A stretch of 64,000 nt of DNA from Eledone cirrhosa (taxonomy: Eukaryota). Below the pieces are notes generated by a model. The model worked only from the letters and a program-made list of their open reading frames with translations, was not told the DNA's origin and ran no database searches. The DNA is taken from contig OZ024742.1 in NCBI GenBank assembly GCA_964016885.1, positions 289,664,001 through 289,728,000 of the forward strand, in the 5' to 3' direction. Shown one piece after another: positions 52,675-62,730 of the stretch. The first letter of the stretch is position 1. Every line of letters starts with the position of its first letter. Both the position numbers and the translations under genes were made by a program.

Positions 52675-54953
52675 TCATCATCATCACCGTTTTACATCCG
52701 TTCTTCCACGCTAGCATGGGTTAGACGGGTTGTCCTGTTGTGGGCAGTGTCTGGTCGGCTGACCATGCCTTGCTCATACAGGAACTGATTTGGCTTGATT
52801 TCTACAGCTGGATGCCCTTCCTAACACCAACCTCATTTACAGTGAGTGCTGGGTGCTTTTTCGTGGTGCCTACACGTCCACTTTACAGTGTGGGCTGGGT
52901 GCTTTTTTGCCGTGGCACCTCCACGACCACCTTGCGGTGGGAGGGTGTGGGGGCATATTGTCTATATGCTTCGGCTTGTACCCATGGGAGGTCAGGTACT
53001 CTGTATTACTGCGTGACGCCAGAAGTCACGGTCGTGTGTCATTGCCTTTGGGAGGTGTAAATTGGGTAAGGTCGGCTTTTATCACCTCATCCCAGGTCAT
53101 CTTGGGTCTCCCCACTCCGCGGTTTGCATCAACTTCTAGTGCTCTGCACCTTTTTATGCAGCTGTCATCCTTCATACGCATCACATGTCCATACCAGCGC
53201 AACCGCCTCTCCTGCACACAGCATTTGATTCCTCTTATGCTCAGTCTCTCTCTCAATTCATTTATGCTTTGTCGTTCACGTATATTACTGTTACACATCC
53301 ATCGGAGCATGCAGGCTTCGTTTCTCTCTAATCTACATAAGTCTTCCACCTTCAGCGCCCAGGTCTCACTACCATGCAACATTGCTGTTCGGATACACGC
53401 ATCATACAGTCTGCCTTTCATTCTGAGGGAGAAGCCTTTTGCAGCTAGCAGTGGTAGTAGTTCCCTAAACTTCTTCCATCCCGTTCTTACCCTAGTTATT
53501 GTACTTTCTGAACACCCACCTCCGCTGCTAATTCGGTCACCTAGGTAGCAGAAGCTGTCTACTGTTTCTACAGAGCCCTCCCAGAGATTGGTGGTACTTG
53601 TTTCCTGTGGCTGTTTGCTGCTTGCTGTCACAGCTGCTGCATGTGAAGCCTACATTTTTAATTAAGCTTCCTGAGATCCCGCTACATCTCTTGTACGCTA
53701 AATTCCTCGCTATACTCATTGCTAATCCTAACTTTGCTGACTGCTCCTCTATACATGGCTTGTACCGCTTTCACAAGCCATTCATCTACTCCTAGTTTTC
53801 TAAGAGCCCACCAGATTACAGCACGTGGAACTCTGTCAAAGGCTTTCTCAAGGTCGACAAATGCCAAGTAGAGTGGCTTACTTTTAGCTAGGTACTTTTC
53901 CTGTAATTGCCTCACAAGGAAGAGGGCATCAGTGGTGCCTCTTCCTGGTACAAACCCAAATTGCATCTCGTCTATTTTCACCCAGTCCCTAATCAACTGT
54001 GCTATAACTTTTTCTGTTACTTTCATGACCTGGTCCATCAGCTTTATACCTCTATAGTTTCCTCTATCTAGTGCATCGCCTTTACCTTTGTAGCAGTTGA
54101 CAATGATGCTACTGCACCAATCTTTTGGTATGGCACCTTCTAGTATTACCTGGTTAACAATACGTGTGGTTATAGTGTGACCTACTGACCCAGATGCCTT
54201 CAGCATCTCGGCAGCTATACCCGATGGACCGGTTGCCTTCCCCATCGTCATATCTTTGATTGCCTTACTTACTACGCTGCTGCTGACTTGTACTGCTGGT
54301 CCCTCTATAGGGTCTACTTGGGGTAGGGTCTCTTCTTCCCATGCATTCTCCTCATTTAGTAATCTATCATAATGACTCTTCCATGCATCTTTCTTCTCAG
54401 CACTTGTGAGGGCAAGCTCACCTTTATCATTCCGGATACACTTCTCTCCAATGACATCACAACTATCTCTGACACACTGCCTCGCAATCTTGAATACCTC
54501 CTGTTTCTGGTCCTCACGTTGCAAAACATGCTTGAATTTTCTATCCTCTGCTTCCCTCCTAGCTAAGTATACTTGTCGCCTAGCTTCCCTCTTGGTCTCT
54601 ATGTAATGTTCCCTGCTCCCCCCGTTCTTCCATTCTTTCCATGCCTGTCTCTTGGCCTTAACTGCTTCATCTACCTTATTGTTCCACCACCAAGTCACTC
54701 TCCTCCTGCTTGAGGTCTTACTCCAGCCACAGACCTCATCCGTCGCCTCTAGTAAATTATTTTTTAGGAACTCCCAGTTCTCTTCTACATTAAATGTCTC
54801 TATCTGTTCTTCTTTACTGTCGTAGGCGTTGAGTAAAATATCTTTAAATCTGTTACTGGTTGAGGGGACTTTCAGCTTCCAGATCTTTCTTCTCCAGGTT
54901 GGCCTGTTTCCGGGTTCGTCTAGTTCTGACCGTGAGGTCGCTGACAACTAAGC
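52675..54953 (-). mobile_element. 5'-truncated RTE LINE (copy A) with an internal deletion removing the YADD region
   Basis: ORFs 53682-54947 and 53026-53631; junction EEFSVQ/KRCSGISG near 53690; 3' UTR and (GAT)n tail. Confidence 0.93.
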
Positions 54954-55264
54954 TACATACACATAACATATACATTTATATATACACACTACATATACAT
55001 TATATATACAATATTGTATAATATGAGGAATTCTGAGCTAAAAGTAAGCACAAAAGGGAAGGGGGTTATAATACATAAATACATGTTTTTTGAAATGTTT
55101 ACTGAGCTTACAAATATTCATTTTAAATGGAAAGATTACAAATATATGTTGATAACAATTGTTTACACATGGTATTTGATATATCAGCAATATTTGTTAT
55201 TTGGGCATCAGTATAATATCTGTCTTCCCCATACCTTTGGCTGGTCTACAGAATATGCCAACAA

Positions 55265-55825
55265 CAACCCTGACCACCTTTTTGAATTCTATATGTCTAA
55301 CACACGTGGGCATGCCTACAAAGTCAGAAAACAGCACAGCTACCATGACTTACGGAAACATTTTTTCATGCTCAGAGTTGCTGAAGCATGGAACAAACTT
55401 CCTGCATAGGTTGTTAGCTGTCGGGACACTGCACCTTCAAAACTTCCATGCTTCCCGAAATTTGCCAACACTACATCTGATATTTCCCCTCCGTATACAC
55501 GCACGTATGTATGTATCTGTGTGTATATATGACTCGTACACTGTTCACTTTCCTGACATTTGTACATTATTTTATGTACTATACATTACTATCCATATAT
55601 ATAACAAAGAAGGTGTGGTAAGATACCAGGCGGACCAACTCAAATCCCGCCGAGGTTAACTTTGCCTTTCATCCTTACGGGGTCAATAAAATAAAGTACC
55701 AGTAATGTTCTGTGTAATTGCTGGCCTTGTGCCATAAGTAGAAACAATTATTTTATGTACTATACATGCACAGTTGATGAGTTGTAGTGATCTGAGCACT
55801 GTACACAATAATTTTTATTATTATA
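55265..55825 (+). mobile_element. CR1 3'-end fragment interrupted by a SINE fragment (about 55600-55750)
   Basis: Similar to 52015-52385 (SNTRGH..WNKLP, 3' UTR, ATT tail); the insert matches the SINE at 58696-58912. Confidence 0.85.
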
Positions 55826-56392
55826 TAGGGATGTGGGTCAGTGGTTGGTTTAACAAGAATTATGAGTGAGAGTCAGCGATTAATTTAATGGTATTTTCTG
55901 AGTGTTTTCTTTATGGGTTAAGGCAATTGACTGTCTTATTTGTATACACATACATACTGAAATATATATATGCACACTACATATACATACATGTATACAT
56001 GCACTGTGTGACATCTTTGACAAGTAGCTTTGACCATGGCCCAAGTTTTGTGAGTGAAATTGGTCAGACAGAACCAGCAGGGAAGCTTGACAGATGGACT
56101 GTTTCTGTAATTTAAAGGCCCTGCCTTGTCAGATATTATCAGGTACTGATTCAGGTCGGGAATTATGTTTAGGGTACACATGTATGTGTTTGTGGAATAC
56201 TCAACCACTTACACTATAGTACAAAATGGATTGTTTCTATAATTCAAAGGTCCAGCATTGTCAAAAATCGTGAAAATTTAAACTCTACTTCAGTATTGAG
56301 TATTTTTTCATCTCCGTTGTCAACTACATATGTGTATATATATATAAATGAAAGGTATAGAAAACATTGTAGCAAAAAGCCAACAGTATTCC

Positions 56393-56395
<3 letters not shown>

Positions 56396-56455
<60 letters not shown>
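56396..56455. repeat. (TA)n microsatellite
   Basis: Directly visible. Confidence 0.97.
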
Positions 56456-56464
<9 letters not shown>

Positions 56465-56589
56465 GACACATACACACACAACTCGTGCACACACATAATC
56501 ACATACACACTCAGATATACAGGCTTAAACATATACATGTATACTACATACAGTTTATGCATACATAATGGTAATGAAGTTGATCCCAA

Positions 56590-56735
56590 CAAAGATGATG
56601 ATGGTGATGATGATGATGATGATGACGATGATGGTGATGACAATGAAGATGATGACAATGAAGGTGATGATAATAACAATGGTGACGATGCTGCTGATGA
56701 TGACAAAGATGACAATGATGGCGATGAAGATGATT
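56590..56735. repeat. Imperfect (GAT)n microsatellite
   Basis: Directly visible. Confidence 0.9.
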
Positions 56736-56805
56736 GTAAAAGCTCACCAAAAAGATTATAAAGTGAAAAAACCAAACTAAAAGCACTTCAGTGGCTCCTA
56801 CTTAC

Positions 56806-57122
56806 CTTGCAGCATCTGATAGTTTATTCTTGGCAGTGTGATCCGTATGGTCAGTGGAAACGGCATTAGCTACCAGAAGTAAACGGCTGGACACATCAGA
56901 TATACTGTCCAGCTTCTCCATAATCTGGCTCTTGGCGGTTAAGTCTGGAGTCATGTCAGCAACAACACCTACACTATTCACAAATTCTTCATAAGCATTC
57001 TTGTAAAGCCCAGAAGATTCTATAAGATAATCAGATGGTTGGCTGGAACAAGCAATAATCTTACTTGCTGCCTCATCCAGGTTCTTAGCTGCTGAGCTCA
57101 TCCGTCTTAAAGATGAGGTACG
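56806..57122 (-). CDS. Exon 2: talin rod (R6-like) helical bundle segment
   Basis: Acceptor tatttgcag, donor gtaagt, 317 nt, phase 0/2. Aligns without gaps to recalled talin-1 RLNEAAAGLNQAA...ISMSSSKLLLAAKALSTD...KSQLAAAAR. Confidence 0.85.
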
Positions 57123-57299
57123 CTGCAAATACTAAAGGTTACACAGGCTATCAACATGCTGGGTTTAGCTCAAAATATTGGAGTCTGGTTGGTACACAAC
57201 CGATTGTTTTAAGGGTAGAATCAGTAATATTTGGATTCTCTACTAAATTATAACAAAACTATGTTTGTGGATTATATGTGTGCATGTGTATGTGTACAT

Positions 57300-57992
57300 G
57301 GCACATGGTTTGCCCTGTGGAGTGGTTGTGTTGGTAGCACAACAGAAGGTGCCAAGTTCACCCTGTGGAGTGGTTGAATTGGTGACATCACAAAGAACAC
57401 CCAGTAAGGTGGTCGTGACGATAACACAACAAAAAGCACAGTCCACCCCGTAGTGTGATCGTGTTAGCAACAAGACAATTAATTCCCAGTCCACCCAGTA
57501 AAGTGGTATTGATGATGACATGACGAAAGCATCCAGTCCAACCTGTAAAGTGGTTGTGGTGGTGACGCGACAAAAAGCACCCAGTCCACACTGTAATGTG
57601 GTCATTTTGGTGCCATAGCAAAAAGCTCCCAGTCTACACTGTAAAGTGGTTGCGACGGTGACACAACAAAAAACACGCAGTCCACACTGTAAAGTGGTCA
57701 TGTTGGTGTCATGACAAAAAGTGCTCAGTCCACACAGTAAAGTAGTCATGTTGGTGTCATGACAAAAAGTGCCCAGTCCACACGCTCATTTTGGTGCCAT
57801 GATAAAAAGCAGTCTACACTGTAAATGTGGTCAGCGCTAGGAAGCACATCCAGTTGTAGAAACCAAGCCAGAAACAGTTCTGTATGTACATGACATGGTC
57901 ACCTGATCTGACTTGTCTAACAATGGGAAAAATCGTCTAACCCATTCTAGCATGGAAAATGGACATTAAACAATGACGATTATAATGATGAT
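57300..57992 (+). mobile_element. RTE-3'UTR-derived non-autonomous repeat with an expanded 48-bp minisatellite
   Basis: About ten units AAAAAGCACCCAGTCCACACTGTAAAGTGGTC..., then CATCCAGTTGTAGAAA and CCCAT..TAGCATGGAAAATGGACATTAAAC(GAT)n, matching the reverse complement of 52676-52930. Confidence 0.78.
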
Positions 57993-58695
57993 AACCAACA
58001 TTCAGCAGGAAGAAAATCTGTGTGGTAAAGACTGATACACTTTATAGTGTATATATATAGAGAAAGAGAAAGAGAGAGATGTGTGTATGCGTGTCATTGT
58101 TTATGATTCCATCTGTATTTATGTCTTTTAACTTCGTGGTTCAACACAAAAGAAATTGATAAAATAAGTACCAGACATTTAAAAAAATAAATACTGAGGC
58201 TGACATAATTGACTAAATCAAAATGGTTCCCCAGTCTTCTAAAAGAGTAAAAGAATTTCAATAGTTAACAGTATACATCTGAGCTCATACATAGGTAAAC
58301 AATAATTAGCAAGGTTAATTATAGTGAAAACATGCTAAACAAGTTTCATAATTATCATAGGATCAGTTTGAGGCAATGTTTTCCAGCCAGATGCTCTTCC
58401 TGGTGTCAAACACTTCAGTCACCTCTTACAACATGCAAAGATACAATGTACCTATTCTAAACCAGATCCATACAACTAGGCAAGAGTTAAACAATAATTA
58501 GAAAGGTTAATTATAATTGACACAATTCATGCTCGTTAAAAATAAAATAAACAAAAAAGAAACTCAGTCCAAATCATTATGATTTTTTCTAAAAATGTAG
58601 GAAATGTCACGCAATCATAATCCATGCAATTCCACCCCCAAACCCATTGAAATATAGATAGGAAAAGAATGGTTTCCAATTTAAATACAAGACGA

Positions 58696-58912
58696 GGGTG
58701 GTAGATTGGCAGTATCGGTAGTGTCAAACTACATGCTTTGTGGCATATAGTTGCAACCATTTACGTTCTGAGTTCAAATCCTGCTGAGGTTAGCTTTGCC
58801 TTTTATCCTTACAGGGGCGATAAAATAAAGTACCAGTAATGCACTGGAGTCAATTTAATCAATTTTATCCTCCCCCAAGATTGTTAGCCTTGTGCCTATA
58901 TGAGAAACCAAT
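58696..58912 (+). mobile_element. tRNA-derived SINE with a Meta-like central domain
   Basis: A box TGGCAGTATCGG, B box GAGTTCAAATCC, then GCCTTTTATCCTT..GGGGCGATAAAATAAAGTACCAG, resembling the recalled MetaSINE domain. Confidence 0.72.
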
Positions 58913-58959
58913 TTAGGTACAAGGCCAGAAATTTGTTGGGGTGGAAACAATCAATCATA

Positions 58960-59085
58960 TAAACACTGGAAGAATGAAAGGCAAAGTTGATCTCAGCAGG
59001 ATTTGAATTCAGAGTACAGAAAACTGGAACAAATACTGTGACGCAGGCTATCTGATACACTAAAGACTGCCAATTTACTGCCTAT
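58960..59085 (-). mobile_element. Second SINE copy in opposite orientation
   Basis: GAATGAAAGGCAAAGTTGATCTCAGCAGGATTTGAATTC is the reverse complement of the preceding SINE's B box and core. Confidence 0.65.
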
Positions 59086-59520
59086 AAACATTGATGTTTA
59101 TAATCCAAGAAAACACACAGTTTACTAATGTTTCCATTTGTAGGTTAGGGAAGACAAAAGCCAATAAGGTAAATGAGATATTGCAAAAGTTGGATATAGA
59201 AATATGAGATATTGCAAAAGTTGGATATAGAAATAGGAAAGGTTATTAACCATTTTGTTAACATAATTCTAATGAACAACATTGCCTATGATTTTCAAAT
59301 CCATTTGAAAATAGTAAAAAAAATTGAGGGATATGGTGATATAACTAACCTTCTTATTAAGTTAGTGTTTAGAACATAACTTAAAGGTTCTTACATAAAA
59401 TTACAATGGAAAGTTTATAAATAAATATAAACACTTTAAAACAGCTTTACATAGTAGAACCAAGAGCAGTCTTTGGCAGTTTAGTCAAATTAATGACAAG
59501 GAATATTTAAATTAACTCAC

Positions 59521-60014
59521 TTCTTCTTGGTTCACTTTTATTGTTGTTGTTGTGTTGATTACATTGTCACCTACAGTACGAGCAATATCAGGTTTTGGTA
59601 AATTGTGAGAATTAACAGTTGAATCCCAATCACTATCTTCATCAGCACTTTCAGATTCTTTGCTAGAAGACATCTGACGCAAAAGTTCTCTTGAATACTG
59701 TTCAATGGACACAGTTTTAGATGGATTCCTTTTAGTCTTATGTTGACTGGTGTCAATTATATGTTGACTAGATTCGGGTTTCTGTTGGCTAGTGTCAGTT
59801 TTATGTTGACTAGATTCAGATTTCTGTTGACTAGTGACAGTTTTAAGCTCAGCTTGATGTTCATTAATGTCAGTCTGGTGTTGATTAAGCTCGTTAACTG
59901 GTGGTGATGATAAAAATGAAGAATCCCAATCACTGTTGTTCATTAATGTTTCTTGATTCATTAAATTATCATTTTGGTTGCAAGGAACATTATGTTTTTC
60001 AGTTTCTTCAACAT
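59521..60014 (-). CDS. Exon 1 in window: S/Q/D-rich region with two SDWDS motifs and a 7-aa repeat
   Basis: Acceptor gtattttatag, donor gtgagt, 494 nt, phase 1/0; lies within ORF 59512-60153. Confidence 0.88.
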
Positions 60015-60119
60015 CTATAAAATACAATAAAATTAAGGTGAAAAATGTAATTCTTTTTTTTAAATAAAAAAAAAAAAGAGGGATGGGGTAGATCGTCAAA
60101 TTGGACCAAAGAAAAAATA

Positions 60120-60335
60120 ATTCCATTAGTGTTTGAGAGGTGCAATTGTGCAAGGTCAGCTTTTATCACCCCACCCCACTTTTTAGGTCTTCCTACTCTA
60201 TAGCTACTATCAACTTTGATCACCCTGCACCTTTTTATACAGCTGTCATCCTTAATATGCATCACATCTCCATAGCAATGCAATCTCCTCTCCTGTAAAC
60301 TGCATCTGATCCCTTTTATGCCCAGTTTCTCTCCA
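60120..60335 (-). mobile_element. RTE LINE C-terminal fragment
   Basis: EKLGIKGIRCSLQERRL..YGDVM..DDSCIKRC..GRPKK.W. Confidence 0.85.
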
Positions 60336-60710
60336 ACCACAAAATACTAAGCAATGTGACAAAACTTATAGCTCAAGTGTTGATGATGATAGTAGTGATA
60401 GGTGGTGATGATGATGATAGTGGTGGTGGTGTTAATGATGGTGATAGTGATGATGATGATGCCAATGAATAAATTGTGAAATATATATCAGACAATTATA
60501 TTCAAGTGTATGTTATAGCAATTGTATGTAGGTAGTAGCAAGTATATACAATTGTAAGTATATGTAGTAATAAGTGTAGACACAAATAACTGAATACAGT
60601 AGTAAATGTATACAATAGGAGTGTATACAATAGTATGTGTATATAGTAATAAATGTATATAATAGTAAGTGTATATAGTAGTAAGTGCATATAATAGTAA
60701 GTATATGTAA

Positions 60711-61666
60711 CAGGAGATTTCAACGGACACGTTGGTAAACACCGTGGCGGCTTCTATAGAGTCCATGGAGGCCACGGATTTGGCACAAGAAATGAAGAAG
60801 GCTTCAGGCTTCTAGAATTCTGTGACGCCAATGACATGTCGATATGTAACACAAACTTCAAAAAACCCAACAACCATCTGATCACCTATAGATCAGGGGA
60901 GCATTCTAGTCAGATAGATTTTATCCTCATCAGAGGGCGTGATAGATGGACGGTTGTAAACACAAAAGCCTTCCCTGGTGAGGAATGTACCTCCCAACAT
61001 AACTTAGTTGTCAGCGACCTCGCTGTCAAAACTAGATGAACTTGGAAACAGAAGCCAATCTGGAGAAGAAAGATCTGGAAGCTGAAAGACCCCTCAGTCA
61101 GTAACAGGTTTAAAGATATTCTACTCAACACCTATGACAGTAAAGAAGAACAGATAGAGACATTCAATGAAAAAGAGCACTGGGAGTTCCTAAAAAATAA
61201 CTTACTAAAGGCGACGGACGAGATCTGTGGTTGGAGCAAGTCCACAGGGAGGAGGAGAGTGACTTGGTGGTGGAACAATAAGGTAGATGAGGCAGTTAAG
61301 ACTAAGAGACAGGCATGGAAAGAATGGAAGAACGGGGTTAGCAGGGTACATTACATAGAGACCAGGAGGGAAGCTAGGCGACAAATATACTTAGCTAGGA
61401 GGGAAGCAGAGGATAGAAAATTCAAGCATGTTTTGCAACGTGAGGACCAGAAACAGGAGGTATTCAAGATTGCGAGGCAGTGTGTCAGAGATAGTTGTGA
61501 TGTCATTGGAGAGAAGTGTATCCGGAATGATAATGGTGAGCTTGCCCTCACAAGTGCCAAGAAGAAAGATGCATGGAAGAGTCATTATGATAGATTACTA
61601 AACGAGGAGAATGCATGGGAAAAAGAGACCCTACCCCAAGTAGACCCTATAGTGGGGCCAGAAGTA
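60711..61666 (+). mobile_element. RTE LINE fragment (copy C: endonuclease end and linker)
   Basis: GDFNGHVG, ICNTNFKK, SQIDFIL, TWWWNNKV; in-frame stop at 61037-61039. Confidence 0.92.
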
Positions 61667-62730
61667 CATGGTAGCTGTGCTGTTTTCTGACTTTGTAGGC
61701 ATGCCCACGTGTGTTAGACATATAGAATTCAAAAAGGTGGTCAGGGTTGTTGTTGGCATATTCTGTAGACCAGCCAAAGGTATGGGGAAGACAGATATTA
61801 TACTGATGCCCAAATAACAAATATTGCTGATATATCAAATACCATGTGTAAACAATTGTTATCAACATATATTTGTAATCTTTCCATTTAAAATGAATAT
61901 TTGTAAGCTCAGTAAACATTTCAAAAAACATGTATTTATGTATTATAACCCCCTTCCCTTTTGTGCTTACTTTTAGCTCAGAATTCCTCATATTATACAA
62001 TATTGTATATATAATGTATATGTAGTGTGTATATATAAATGTATATGTTATGTGTATGTAGCTTAGTTGTCAGCGACCTCACGGTCAGAACTAGACGAAC
62101 CCGGAAACAGGCCAACCTGGAGAAGAAAGATCTGGAAGCTGAAAGTCCCCTCAACCAGTAACAGATTTAAAGATATTTTACTCAACGCCTACGACAGTAA
62201 AGAAGAACAGATAGAGACATTTAATGTAGAAGAGAACTGGGAGTTCCTAAAAAATAATTTACTAGAGGCGACGGATGAGGTCTGTGGCTGGAGTAAGACC
62301 TCAAGCAGGAGGAGAGTGACTTGGTGGTGGAACAATAAGGTAGATGAAGCAGTTAAGGCCAAGAGACAGGCATGGAAAGAATGGAAGAACGGGGGGAGCA
62401 GGGAACATTACATAGAGACCAAGAGGGAAGCTAGGCGACAAGTATACTTAGCTAGGAGGGAAGCAGAGGATAGAAAATTCAAGCATGTTTTGCAACGTGA
62501 AGACCAGAAACAGGAGGTATTCAAGATTGCGAGGCAGTGTGTCAGAGATAGTTGTGATGTCATTGGAGAGAAGTGTATCCGGAATGATAAAGGTGAGCTT
62601 GCCCTCACAAGTGCTGAGAAGAAAGATGCATGGAAGAGTCATTATGATAAATTACTAAATGAGGAGAATGCATGGGAAGAAGAGACCCTACCCCAAGTAG
62701 ACCCTATAGAGGGACCAGCAGTACAAGTCA
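61667..62730 (-). repeat. Inverted duplication of about 54284-55347 (CR1 piece, non-TE spacer and RTE copy A 5' part)
   Basis: Position x pairs with 117014-x. The ORF track gives identical translations for 55014+ vs 61647- and for the N-terminal parts of 53682- vs 62067+. Confidence 0.92.

Larger units (their letters stand above)
31993..60014 (-). other. ANKRD26: Partial multi-exon gene span: ANKRD26/CCDC144-like coiled-coil protein with a talin-rod insert (10 exons, 1922 nt coding in window)
   Basis: Ten GT-AG exons whose phases join without a break (in 1; junctions 0,2,0,2,1,2,2,2,0; out 0). Downstream exons resemble recalled human ANKRD26 (KDSVSLLKIQ; KSQLEHQKVEWE; SLNQEEEKRRNAD; KQQLELSL..ELRTVKSNLNQ). 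SDWDS motifs are present. The ankyrin repeats are not in the window. Confidence 0.65.

Noticed and set aside
56244-56786. Poly-Asp, poly-Ser, poly-His and YI-repeat ORFs
   Set aside because: They are translations of (TA)n and (GAT)n microsatellites.
56806-57122. Calling the whole gene talin
   Set aside because: Only one rod-domain-sized segment is talin-like; neighbouring exons do not resemble R5 or R7 and instead resemble ANKRD26.
59173-59235. Perfect 31-bp tandem duplication
   Set aside because: An ordinary intronic slippage duplication with no functional signal.
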